In this document: positions 49,886 to 62,284 of the stretch, one piece after another | How the letters are laid out: the number at the start of each line of letters is the position of its first letter | Numbering within the stretch: the stretch's first letter is position 1 | NCBI RefSeq assembly: GCF_963921235.1 | Contig: NC_086109.1 | Span: forward strand, 32,304,001-32,368,000 | Direction of reading: 5' to 3' | From: Mobula hypostoma | Taxonomy: Eukaryota | Length of the DNA stretch: 64,000 nucleotides | The notes under the pieces: model-generated | Seen by the model: only the letters and a program-made list of their open reading frames with translations | The model's database searches: none | Told to the model about the DNA's origin: nothing | Made by a program: the position numbers and the translations under genes

Positions 49886-50934
49886 AATCAATGGTGCAAA
49901 CTCCGATACTGTATGTACACGTCAAATACTCTGCCATTCTTATTGCCAGTCCACCCTACATGGATGTAATTCAGAGCTTCCATTTGTCTTGAAATGTAAG
50001 GCGTCATTCTCATTAAAGAATCAGTTAAGATGCAAAATACAAGTAAACAAATCTTCCTATTAAAACACAATAGCTTTTCTTTCTATTTTTCTGACAAGGG
50101 ACAAAGTAAATTCAGTAAAGTTTACTAATTCTATGAAAATATTTCTTTGCAGTTATGGTACTGCACTGTTAGGAATGTCAGGAATGCTCTGAGGAACTGC
50201 CCGAGGTCACAGTAGTTACAACGATAACTGGAACACGCAGATCTGAGTCCCATGAGCCAGACTGATGTCAAAGATGGATAACCAGCAGATTAATGAAAAA
50301 CTTACTTTTTTGATCTCAAAGTGCAAATCCTTAAATTATCTTCAAGGAAATAGTGAATTCTCAAATATACTCAATGCCCGTGACATGACTAATACCTTTT
50401 GTAAAATGATCTGCATTGGTTACTGCTGCCTGACTATACTTTGTTTTTAACATCAACAGAGAAAGTAAAGAGTAAAAGAACAGAGTGCAATATATTCGTT
50501 TAAGTTTTAAGGCATATCTGTAGATATTTCTCTACTGTTACGAACTTTGCATGCAATTTTTTGAGGAATTCACAAACATTAACTCTGTGCATTTGTTTCA
50601 CTGTGATGGAACACTGCAGTGACAGTCAGATTTACTTTGGCACAACCCTGGCAGCTAATCTACATGTGAAGGAGTAACAAGACACTGGAAGGTCACCCAA
50701 AATGTGTTTACGCACTCCAAGAATGAAATCCTGACACTTTTTGGGTCCTTCTATATAGATTCCCAAGACTCTTGATACAAGTCTGAGCTCTAGCAGATAC
50801 ATATTTACACTGCAAACAGCACACAAATAGAGTGTCAGATTGGCAGTTGTTCAAAGGTAAGCAAAACATTTTAACAGGAATGCGTTGCAGACCTGTAATT
50901 TGTGACAGGCAAAAAGATTTTTTTGAATTACTTA

Positions 50935-51222
50935 TTCTATTTATTTATCAGATTACAGCACGAATAGGTCGTTCTGTCTTTCAAGCCATGCCACTCAACA
51001 ATTCCCGAGTTAATCTGAGCCTAAACACAGGACAGTTTAAAATGACCAATTATCCTACCAACCAGCTCATCTTTGGACTGTGGGAGGAAACAGGAGCACC
51101 CCGAGGAAATCCACGTGGTAACAGAGAGAACGTACAAACCCCATACAGGCAGCGGCGGGATTTGAACCCAAGTTGCCTGTTTTGTAAAGCGTTGTGTTAA
51201 ACACTGTGCTACCATGCCACCT
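50935..51222 (-). mobile_element. Full-length tRNA-derived V-SINE/HE1-like SINE
   Basis: A box tggtagcacagtg, B box gggttcaaatccc and V-domain-like core gtttgtacgttctc..gtggatttcctcgggtgctcctgtttcctcccacagtccaaaga. Confidence 0.8.
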
Positions 51223-52152
51223 CAGTCAATCTATAAAGGAAATTAAAATAACAAAATTAAAAACTTGAGAAATCATTGGCTTAGTGGAGGGAAAATGGAA
51301 AGAAATGAATAATATTCAATAAATTTGTGCAGAAATTGTTGCTTCATCAAAATAGAAGGAGTTCTCCAAGAACACAGGAGTTGCTGGATATAGAAACAAA
51401 ACTATAACATAGAAATCCTTTCCTGCTATTTACCAAAACAGTTATAGATGCTGCAGTAATACATAAATATCATTGTTTTCTGAGATGAGGCTTTCATTGT
51501 CAGCTTCCTCTGTCTGTGTCAGGTCGGTTTCAGTACCTGTTTTTCTGAGCCCTATTTGGATATCATAGAGCTGTCAGTACTTAGCCTCACAACTGCAACG
51601 TCACAAGTGAGCCCTTAGAAGAACCCACTGGGCAAAATGCAGAGTATTCTTCTTACAATTTCAGCTTCACGAATGAATATTAAAATGATGTGGGAGGGAG
51701 GTTGTTGCAGAATTCTCCCAGAGATATCCTGAGAGCTGGTGCATAATATGGCCCATAAGAGGCATTTTCTTTAGGCAGTATGTTGCTGGGGAAATCCAGT
51801 GATGAGTATGAGTTTCTATGAAATCTGGATGTATAAGGTGATCTCATTTATGTCTTCTCCCATATGATTTGTTTGATGCTTGTGATGTTTTTGCGGCAAG
51901 AGAAGGATTAGATTTTGACAAATTCCCATTGGCAGGTAAGTTTACATGGGCAAGTCAAAGATGATGTAGGGGAAAACAGTGAGCAGAGTAAACAGCAAGA
52001 ATGCAGAATGCTATGCAGCAGCCTTGCAAAGAAGGCAGATTGTGTTAACACTTGAAATAAAAGTATTTCAAAAGAAGCAAGATTAAAAAGAGTTGATTGT
52101 TCTGTTAATAAGTCAGAACTTCAATTTTTCAGTCTGGTGCATTTTAAAAGCT

Positions 52153-52705
52153 GGGGTTGTAATGGGGATAAGCTCCCACTACGTATTAAATGCTCCCAAT
52201 GGCGTGCACTTCAAATAGCCTCAGACAACCAAGTCTAGCTCCTGGCCTTCAGATTTGGTTAAACAACTAAGCCCAGTGGAACCATTTCTACTGACAGGAG
52301 TAGGGGCAAAGGTGGGCTACTGACGCCTTAAAACCAGTCGCTTTGGGCAGATGGGGCTCGTCAGCCACGGTTGGCAGCTCACCCAGAAGGAGGAGAACTC
52401 TGATCTCAAACCTCTGCTGCCTTGCGACTATATTCACTCATGCGAAAGCTTTTGGAGTAAACACCAAGGGAAAAATCAGGAGCTGGAGTCCCTAAAGCAG
52501 TTCAGTGCTGACTGGCAACTCCTGCAATGCTTCTGATACCTAACTGTATCGGTCCCTGACATTCCTTTGGGTTCATCAAATGTGTGAAGAGGGGGAGATT
52601 GTTACATGGGCAACAGCTTGCTCTCCATATCATACTGCCCAGGTTTGCATATCCAGACAGCTAGGACACAATATCGATGGGCAACTCTGACCAACAGAGA
52701 CCTCC
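52153..52705 (+). repeat. Interspersed repeat, possibly RTE-clade 5'UTR-derived
   Basis: GC-richer block with no coding signal. The family assignment is from recalled resemblance only. Confidence 0.35.
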
Positions 52706-52779
52706 GACACACAGCTTTTAAAAATACGGTGGAGATGAATATAGGGCCTTGCATAATCATTGGTGTTATTTGGGGGAGT

Positions 52780-54590
52780 TTCTAGTCTTAGCAAAATCCC
52801 CGCTGTGAAATGAAGGGTCAAATACAGGATCTATTCCAAGACACTATGGAAAGCAAGGAAAGAGATTTTCGTTAGCCTTGGGTGATGTACCAGAAGACAG
52901 GAGGAAGCAAATGTTATTTATATTTATTACTGATAAAACAAGGAAGTACATGTTGGTGATCTTTACGTTAGTGGTAGGTAGCTTATTGAAAAAATTCCAA
53001 AGGACTTGTTTCATATTATATTCACGTGTAAAGGCAGGAACTGATTTGGGTGAGTCAGCATAGTTTTGTGCAAGGAAGATTCTGTCTCACAAATCCGATA
53101 TGAGTTTTTTTTTTAAAAAGAAGTAATTAACAAAATTGAAAGTAGTGGTATAGATAGACTTCAACAAAGTTTGACAAGGTCCTGCATGGCAGCGTGGTCC
53201 CAGAAGATTAAAGTGTATGGGGAATCTAAGGTCTGTTGGCAAACTGAATTCAGAATTGACTCCATGGTAGTAGTGGAATGTTGTTTTTCTGACTGGAAGT
53301 CTGTGACTAATGGTGTTCTGCAAGGATCAGTGCTTGGGCATCTGTTGTCTGTCATATACTTGGATGAGAAAATAGATGGTTGGGTTCATAAATTTGCCGA
53401 CAACATGGAAATTGGGGGAGTTGTAAAGAGCGGAAAAGTTTGTCTAAGGATCAGCTGGAAAGTTGGATGGGGTTATGATGATAGATAGATACTTTATTCA
53501 TCCCAAAGGAAATTATGGTGTCACAGTAGTATTACAAATGCACGGATATAAATATTAGAAGAAAAGTAGAAAGAATAAAAAATAAGTTACCTCAAACAGT
53601 CTAACAGGAGAGGGTCATCACTTCGCTGGCTACAGGTTGATTCATTATAGGCCCAAATGGCCAAGGGTAAGAATGACCTCATTGGAGCAGTGCAGTTGTC
53701 TTACTTTATTACTAAAATGTTTCTCACCCTCTGTTCAGCAACGGTGGAACGCAGAGGGTGAGAAACATTTTCCAGAATTGCCAGGATTTTCTGTAGGGTC
53801 CTTTATTCTACTACAGCCACCAGTGCATCCAGTTTGACTCCTATAACAGAGCCAGCCTTTCTAACCAGTTTATTGAGCCTGTTGGCATCACCCATGTTGA
53901 TGCCATTGCCCCAGCACACCATCGCATAGAAGATTGTACTGGCGACAACAGACTGGTAGAACATGTGAATTGTGACCTACGTACTCCAAAGGATCTCAAT
54001 CTCCCCAAGAAGTAGAGGTGACCCTGGCCTTTCCTGTATACTGTGTTTGGTGCTCCACTCAGATCTGTCACGGATAGAATTTAAATGCAGGTAACTGTGA
54101 GGTAATGCATATTGGGCTTCAAATACAAGCAGGATATGTACTGTTAATGACAGGGACCTTAGGAGCATTGATGTACGTAAGGACCCATAGGTACAAGTTC
54201 ATAGTTCCATCATGACACAGATGCATAGGGCAGTGAAAAAGGCATTTGGCGTGCTTGAAATAAAAGGCTGAGGCATTGAGTGTAAGAGTTGGGACATCAT
54301 ATTGCAGCTGGATAAAAGATTGGTTAAACCACACTCGTACTGTTTTTGTCATTGCCCTGCAGGAAGAATGTATTAGTATTAGAAAGAATGCAGAAAAGAT
54401 TGAGCAGGATATTTCATGGAATGGCAGGCTTTAGTTTGGAGATATCAGAAAAACTGAGTGTGTTCTTATTGGAGCATAGCAGGCTGATAAGCGATGGCCT
54501 TATTTATAAGATTAGGTTGGGACTGGATAAGGTAGATAGTGATTTTCCCTGGTTAAGGAAGTATAAAACTGGAGCCATAAGTTTAAGATA
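52780..54590 (+). mobile_element. Decayed CR1 RT region interrupted by a minus-strand Rex1 3' fragment (~53480-54075)
   Basis: FSDWKSVTNGVLQGSVLG..KFADNMEIGG and LERMQKRLSR. The insert reads YRKGQGHLYFLGRLRSFGV on the minus strand. Confidence 0.8.
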
Positions 54591-56988
54591 AGCAACTTCA
54601 GAATCAGAACTAACAACACCGACAAATTATGAAATTTGTTAACTTTATAATGAAATACATGATAAATAAATATGGAGAAAACAAAAAAACTGAGTTACAT
54701 TAACTATATATATATATGCCCATTAAACCTGAAGAAATCTGAGCAGATGGGAAAGGTTTAAAGTACTATTGCCATGAATTTCCTCCCTGCTTCACCTCTT
54801 CCTTTAGATCTGACTTGCTCCAACTCATTTCATACACTGCTTCACCCAGTACCTGGAAGTTAATGAGTGAAACGTAACCTTGCTTTGTGAGGAGCATGAC
54901 AGCTTTAAGTACATCATCGACTGCCCTGCCAGCAATTGCTTCTCAATGGGAAAATGGCCAGTGAGAATTTTAGAGAGGCCCAATAATTAATACAACCTGG
55001 GATGTCTGTTGGCTGCAAGGGAGAGTTTAAAACTGTTTAGATTGTTTGCTGTGTTACAGGTGGCATATCTGGATTAAATGCACAATCTGCAGTTCAGGAG
55101 CAATGCCTGGACTGGATACATAATCAGAATTAATTCACCATAACTGTGAGGGCAAATGGAGTACAGGGAAGGAGAACTTGAAAAGATAATTTTATTATCC
55201 GATGCTATCTCTGCTCATTTGGAAAGAAATAGCTGAGGAAGCAGTAAAGATCCATTCGTTATCTCTGCATAATTATGTTGTTTACAGTTTACATGTCCTG
55301 GTTCACAGACTGTGTGCCACAATTTAAAGTATAATGTGTGTCATCAGCTATGATTCATATACTGCAGCTAGTGTTTTCAGATTGGTGGTGTGGTATCTTC
55401 TTCCTCGCTAAAGTCAGTCCCTTGGGGTCAAGGATGATTTGCATCCACTCTGTTTTTGAGCTCCCATGGGACTAATGTGGGAAATGCACACTCCACAGAT
55501 GGATATAACTGTTATGAAATGGTATAACCATACCTTTTAGTACACTATGAATAGTACTGTTGTAATTTCACATGTAAACTTGGAACAAAAGGCAATTCCA
55601 GAACACTTCTATTGATAAAATAATCATCTTGTATATAACAAATGCATATTGAATTTGATTCAGTAAGATGCACATTTAATACTTGGTTCTTAATATTTTC
55701 ACAGGATTTCTTTATCGTGTAATATTGCATTCCTACCTGATAAGCAAAAAAGAAGCAAATTCACAAAGTTCTCAATATAACTGTTAAGTATCCTGAACAC
55801 ATTGCTTTGTTTTACACATCCTCACTTAAAACATGCAAACTTTGCCCAAATGCTTTCAAGACCATGAACTTAACACTTCACTTGTGGCGCCCCACACAGA
55901 CTTCCAATCTGCCCCTTGTAAGGCATGAAAATGCCCGACGCAGCCCTCTCATGGTCTGAGTTGACGTTCCCCCCCCCACCCACCCCCCCCCGTGCAAAGT
56001 TAACTCCCTAAAAAACTTGATGTTCAGTGCTGTGGTCAATCCCTTACCCGTGACCAATGCTGAATTACCCAGTAATAGTACTTTGCTCTATCATCAGTAC
56101 CTTTAGAATATTGGAGTAAAACTTAAGTCTATAATCAATCTTGCTTGAAAACAGGCAAGCATAGGGTGAAGTTACACATTTTGCACAACGTTGCTCGCTT
56201 TCTCAACAGTAGAGCCCTGCTGCTTGATCTGGTTGAAAAATTAACCACTAGAATGCAGTTGATGTTTAGCTAAGGGTGGTCATGAGAACAATTTGTGGAA
56301 TGCTGAGCTCAATCCAACTACCATGGCTTCCCATTCTGCCATACGTCAAACCCCCTAATGTCAGCCAAGAAAATATCTTAATCAGCAAGTACAACTGGCT
56401 GGCAACAAAAAAATGCAACACACTGAATGCTAAACATCTTCCATCAACTTGATGGGTGACGGTCAATATGCCGGTGACATAAGATTTCCCCTCTTCTCAA
56501 CGACACATGCAATGATAATCACAATCCGGAGCATAGAGGTCCTGGGTTTTAAATTGATTTCGTAATCCAGGTCTTTTATGAGAAATAGACCTGACCTATT
56601 AAGTAGCTGTGACACGCTGCCTATTACTCAGTTTGTGAATTCATGGCCTAAGCAATCCTGTAGTGGTCGTACAACTTGAGTATACCCACATTCTCAACAT
56701 GAAACTTCAACTGCTGCTTAAAACAATCATGTATAATCACAGTAAAAAATAATCTCTGCTGCTTCAACAAATCATCCAAGGGCATTTAAGATGCATATTC
56801 TAATTGCCTAATTTTTGATTCTTCCAGTTTAATAATTCCCATAAATGGGTCAGACAAGCCAAAAACTGAAAAAGAAAGAAGATTCATCAAATTATGAAGC
56901 TTTAAAACTGAACCGCTGTTTCAAATGATTAATCATAATGAAGGGAAAATTAATCTGACATTGGTCAAGAAAGAACAAATTAACTTAC

Positions 56989-57067
56989 CTGAAGGGCTGC
57001 TATTGGGAAAGAGGGAAGAAAGGTCCTTTTTCTTAATGTAGGGTTGCGTTCTAATATACTCTTGGGC
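56989..57067 (-). CDS. MAPK13: p38 MAP kinase exon (79 nt): AQEYIRTQPYIKKKDLSSLFPNSSPS
   Basis: tttttag|GCC...TCAG|gtaagt; length and phase as in p38 genes. Confidence 0.9.
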
Positions 57068-58267
57068 CTAAAAATAAAAATTAATGTATTACATAATGTT
57101 GGAAAGCCTCCCAATAAATTAACAACTTTATGTTGTACCGTATTCAGCTGGAAATGTACAGCTGTGAGCACATCCAAAATATGTGGTAAATAGTGCTGAC
57201 AGACTGGCATAGGGCAGAGCAAATGCAACTAAGAAAACAGTTAGGAGAAATCAGCATTGGAAGTTATTTTTCCAGAGAGAAATATTTAACATTTGTTGAA
57301 CACATCTCATTATAAAATTATTTAAATATTCCTAATAAAAGAAGAAGGACAATGTGGTGTGCAGTGTAGTGACATGCCTGATGATGTCATAAGGCTGCTC
57401 CTTTCAATGAGTTTAAATTGTATCAGAGATTCCTGTCAGGCAGCACAAGGGAGCTGCAATGCTCATTTCATTTTTCTTCATTTTTACCGTTTTTTAAGGA
57501 ATGTTCTAACTAAATTGCTTCAATATAATTAAAAACTTACAAACCATTCTGTAATCTTTGACATTTTACATTCCTTCCCCGGGGAGTCATGCACCCCACA
57601 GAGTAAACTACTGGTCTAGCACAAGAGGTGTAAATGATTTAATATTAAAATCCCTGAAAACATCTTAAAAATGCTGTACAAAAACATTCAGCAAAACCAT
57701 TGTGGCAGAGATAGAGGGTCATTTGCTCCATCTAGTGCTAACATTTCAGTTAAATTTTGTAACTTAATAAAATCTTAAAACCTTTCCTCAAGGTGCAGAG
57801 TATTTCTCACAAACAAAAGCTTAATTCTAGCAGTTGTCTTATAGTGTCACAAGTGGGCACAATTAGCAGAATCTGGCTGTAGCATTTAATCTAATCAAGA
57901 TCAGGGATGGGGTGGAAAGTAGTCAGATTTGTGGATGTCACTGGCTTCCAGTATAAAAGATGTCAGAATTGCACTGGATGTGATGTGCACTTGAAATTTC
58001 CCAGTAAAACTCCAATAATCTGTTATCTGATTATTCAGAATTCCCAATTTTTTGCACCCGGCCCACCAGGTGTGGTTTCCTGTACTGCCTTTAATTCATC
58101 AATGCCCCTTCCTGAATTCCCCTGAAATGTTCACATACCACTGTGTAATATTTGAAATTAAGGAAAATTAAAAGTATGTTAGGATTTTAATAGGAGTGAT
58201 TTTTCTGAAAATCTGACTGTGTGACCCCAATCTCCCAAGCATACCAAATTAATAGCGTGTTACTATA

Positions 58268-59165
58268 CAGTGGATTTTGGTTAATTGGGACACACTGAGA
58301 TCAGTAACATTTTGCCCCAATTAGCCAAAGTTTCATGGAAGTAGTTACAAAGGTACATAAAAGAGACAAACTACTGTTTAAGTGAGTAACAAATTATGTA
58401 TTTAAATGAAATACAAAAGAAATCAGAACACTACCAAAACTACTACAGTGCTAGAAAACCATGTATTAGTTCCTAATAGTTATTGACGGAGGCATTAATC
58501 CAATGTATGCTGCTGCGTTCTTTTGATTGATTGTAAATCAAGGATTCCCAACCCTTTTTATGCCATGGACCCTTACTATTAACTGTGGGGACTGTGGACC
58601 CCAGTCCAGGAACCCCTGCCGTAAAGGAACAAAATCAGCGCAGACACCTAGTGCAGACAATGACTGCCTTCAAACAATGCTTCTGATGATTGCATCCTCC
58701 AAATCTTCATTTTCATTGTAACATTCAAGATGATTGTCAATACCTTCAAATTCTTTGTAGTTCCTAACTTGTTGAAGTTGTGAAATCATTTCATTTTTAC
58801 TTATAGCCATTTCTGACATCTCCAAGCCTAAATGTTTGAAACTGTAGATAGCAAACAGTTCTGAATTCTCTTAGTGCTTGTTACTCACCAACTATCAGTG
58901 CAAAAATCACTGTTTTTTAAAAAAAAAATACATGCAAGTGACAATATTTAAAAACTGTTCACTCTAAGCATGGTGTATTGTCTAATGGCCACACAACTAT
59001 CACTAGTTAGAAACCTCAGCAACATTCTCCTGTCCTAATTAAGGGGCATAGCATCCCAAATAGACAAAGGGAATCCCAGCTATTTTCTCAATTTTTTTTT
59101 GTTTAAGAGTTGTTCCAAATAAGTGGCCTTGATTAACGGATGACCCAATTAACCAGAATCCACTG
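58268..59165. mobile_element. Tigger/pogo-like non-autonomous element (copy 2) with a nested hAT MITE
   Basis: TA|cagtggattttggttaattggg ... cccaattaaccagaatccactg|TA; reverse-complement similarity to 21180-21957. Confidence 0.8.
58539..58618. mobile_element. 80-bp hAT-type MITE
   Basis: caaggattcccaacc...ggaacccctg with a degenerate 8-bp TSD (ttgtaaat/ccgtaaag). It is absent from the 21180 copy, which has a single ctgtaaat. Confidence 0.7.
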
Positions 59166-59541
59166 TAGCTGGTTCTGGCTTGTCTGATCACATACTGTGA
59201 ATTGTACTAGAAACAGAAATGTAAAATTCAGGTCAACTTACTGATGGTATCTGTAGTGTCTGATATTACCTAACTCAAATCAGAAAATATTTAGATACTT
59301 AGGTTAGGGGCTCAATGCCTTGCATTAATATACAACATTTATTGGAGTACACTAAAAATACTAGCATCTGTTAAAGACAGATATCACATCAAAATTCATG
59401 GCTGTTAATGTGTACTGTTACAATGATTCAAAAGAAATTCTCAAAGGCCAACAAGTAAATGAAGTACTCAAAATTTATTAAAACTGCAGAAGTTATTAAA
59501 GTAAAACAGTGCAGAGAATCTAGTCTTTAATGGTGCATTAC

Positions 59542-59621
59542 CTCAACGCTTTCTAATTTCTGAATGAAATCAGTCCCAGGAGTTCCTGTTATCTTCATAA
59601 TCTTCGCTAGCTGATCTAGGT
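59542..59621 (-). CDS. MAPK13: p38 MAP kinase exon (80 nt): (Y)LDQLAKIMKITGTPGTDFIQKLESVE
   Basis: atcag|AC...GAG|gtaatg; gamma/delta-type YLDQL..GTPG..F.QKL. Confidence 0.93.
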
Positions 59622-60766
59622 CTGATTCTTTTGGTTAAGAATCAATATTGCCATTAAAATTTCTGTCTATAATCATGAATAAAAGTAGGTTGAACTGTAA
59701 TATTTCAATTTCCAGCAATAGTAATTCAATGCAATCACTGGTTCAGCTGATTAACAAATTAGATAAGATTTAGTTTTTAAAATGTGTATGCATGATGAAT
59801 ATAAATTAATCGGCATTCAAGCTAAAAATAAAGTATGTCAAAAGCACCAACATGAAAAAAATTAAACCAAACAGCATCATGAAAATACATGCCCAAAAGG
59901 CAGAGAATTATCATTCCCAATATTTCCACATCATCTCCAGTCGTTGATAGTAGTTTTTAATACCATTGTAGTTCAACTGTCTGCAGAAGTTGCAAACACC
60001 TCTTTGACTTTTAAGCATGAAGATTCAAGAGTGAAGTAAAACTTCCTTCTCAAGGAATTCTCACCTCATTTCACAACATTGCTTGAGAAGGTCATGACTT
60101 CAGAACTGGATATTAAACATATTGTACCTATAAGACTGGTCCAAATCAACAAAAAAAGTCACATCCCCCTAACAACTGCACCTAACAACTATAAAGTACT
60201 TCGAGTGGTCATTCTGCCTGTATGGATTTAGGCAAGAAAAGGATTCAATAAGCAGGAGACCATACCACCAAAATGAGCCCATGACTACACCTGCACCATA
60301 TCTAGTAGAAATCAATGGAAGCAACCTAGAGTGATTTTGTCTGTATCCTACTTAAGTTAAAAATCATTGTACTCTGTCCATTGACAGAGGTGAAATCATC
60401 TAAGTAAGCTTCGATCAGAGACCTAAACCTGGTAACCTTCTTGATCTGTTTAGCACTTCTAAGCCTTCTTCAACCAGTTAGGAACTCTTTGAAAGGTCAT
60501 AATTCTATGTTGTTCTTCATAACGTAAAATTTTACTAGAAATAAAATATTATAAATAATATTTAGCATATATTGAGAATGACTAAAAATAAGAAGATTAT
60601 ATAATTGATTCCCTCCTTTCCATTTGTAAATTACAAGACTAATAAATAATGTTCTCTAATTTAAGTCACATATTAATATTTTAACTACTGCAATAAGTTA
60701 GCCCAAGAAAATTAGGAGTCTATAGGTAAGCATGAATTACATCATCAATTCTGGATGAAAGGATAC
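59622..60766 (-). other. U12-type (minor spliceosome) GT-AG intron, 1145 nt
   Basis: 5' site GTATCCTTT, branch site TTCTTAAC (59641-59634) close to the CAG, and no polypyrimidine tract. Confidence 0.93.
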
Positions 60767-60838
60767 AGTCATTTCCTTTGAACAATATCCTGCCATTGAA
60801 CATTTCAGCAAATATGCAACCAGCGGACCAAATATCAA
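60767..60838 (-). CDS. MAPK13: p38 MAP kinase exon (72 nt): (V)[23 protein letters not shown]
   Basis: tttcag|TT...GACT|gtatcc; kinase subdomain IX. Confidence 0.93.
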
Positions 60839-61199
60839 CTGAAATTGAAAACCAAAAAAAAGAAAGCTGTTACATGGTTGTAAAATGGGCAAAACACTGC
60901 ATTTAATTTTGAACCAGATATTATGTCCTGTTAATTCATAAATAAAAATAGGTCTCAGAAGTGAGCAGAATCTGGTGCTTCTGCATTGCTTTTTCACAAT
61001 CCAAGATGAATTACTATCATTAGTAAATGTTCCTCAGGAAAATTATATCATACATTCAGAGTGTGATCCAGCCCTTGCTGCCCACTATGAATTGCTTGCC
61101 TCTGGAGGGAAATATAAAAAGAAATTCCACATTCTACAGATTTGGCCCATCATCACCTTCCAATACAGTGAAGCATCTGTAATATGTGCAGTCTCATCA

Positions 61200-61790
61200 G
61201 TGTTGGGACATACGGCATGGCGTGGACCGAGAATGCTGGAACATTAACATTTATGTATTATTACTTTTTCTCCCTTCAAACATAAAAAAGATAAATTATG
61301 ATACTCATGTCCATGAAAGGTCTGCGGCAGGGCATGGACCAGGTTTTCTGCGTTTTGGATGTGAACTTGGACTATAGACTTTTTACAGTCCTATAGTTTT
61401 TAATATTCTATGTTTTTTTTTGCCTGATCTTTCTCGATGGTTTTGTGCGGGGCAGGGGATTTGAGGGTTGATGTACCTATTCCATTAGCTCTTTGTGCAG
61501 GAGAAGGGATTTTGAGGTTGATGTGCCTGTTCTTTTGTTCATTTTTTTGTGCGGGAGGAGGTATTTGGGGGTCGATGTGTCTGTTCCGTTCTGTTTGTTT
61601 TTTTTTGTGTAGGAGGAGGTATTTGGGAGTTGGTGTACCTGTTCCTTTTTTGTTCATTTTTTGTGTGGGGAGGAGGGATTTTGGCAGTTGATGATCATGT
61701 TGCCTTTCTCTTCTTTCTTGGTTTCAAAGCTACTTGAGGAAGAATTTCAAGTTTTATAGTTCAATAATAAATTAACCTTTGAACTTTGAT
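61200..61790 (+). repeat. Unclassified repeat containing ~5 degenerate tandem units of ~50-60 bp (61441-61700) and a (ctttgaa)n tail
   Basis: Unit is approximately tttgtgcgggaggagggatttgggggttgatgtgcctgttcc; ends aataaattaacctttgaactttga. Confidence 0.6.
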
Positions 61791-62169
61791 TTTGCTAATA
61801 AACTGTTTTGCTCTGTCAGCAGTAGCTGACTGAGCAGTACTTTCGAATAATTTTAATACAATCTCTGAAGGCAATATGTAAATAGATAACAATATTCAAC
61901 AGTAATTTTTAAGAAGCCTTTGCCATTTTACAACAAAATCTACCAAAATTCAAAGTGTGAAACCAAAACCACTAACAATAAAAGAATGCCATTTATTATC
62001 TGAACTGTGACAGTCTTTGTTTTTTTTCTAAATATTGACCAACTTCTGTATTATCAGCATTTTACATTTTAGTACAAGTTGATTTACTATAAATATTTAA
62101 TCATGTTGTGATAAAAACATTTTTGCCTGAAAGTAAATGACTTGTGTGATTAGATGCAATCGAACTCAC

Positions 62170-62284
62170 CGGTCTGAGTGTAATGCCTCCAGTTCAAGAT
62201 GACTTCAGGTGCACGGTACCACCGTGTAACCACATACCCTGTCATTTTTGAGTCAGTGTGTCTGGCAAGACCGAAGTCAATGAT
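62170..62284 (-). CDS. MAPK13: p38 MAP kinase exon (115 nt) with activation loop: [38 protein letters not shown]
   Basis: ttgtag|ATC...CCG|gtgagt; DFG, TGY and gamma/delta-type [14 protein letters not shown]. Upstream exons were not found in the window. Confidence 0.95.

Noticed and set aside
57068..60766. Mutually exclusive duplicate of the 80-nt exon, as in MAPK14
   Set aside because: No second DQL..GTP-like exon or second U12 branch/acceptor was seen.
61441..61700. CRISPR-like repeat-spacer array (also considered for 10850-11230 and 47348-47403)
   Set aside because: These are degenerate head-to-tail units without unique spacers, there are no cas genes, and the context is a vertebrate intron.
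43290..62284. Naming the kinase MAPK12 or MAPK14
   Set aside because: [13 protein letters not shown] and YLDQL exclude alpha/beta. The tail is gamma-like, but adjacency to BRPF3 favours MAPK13; a phylogeny is still needed.
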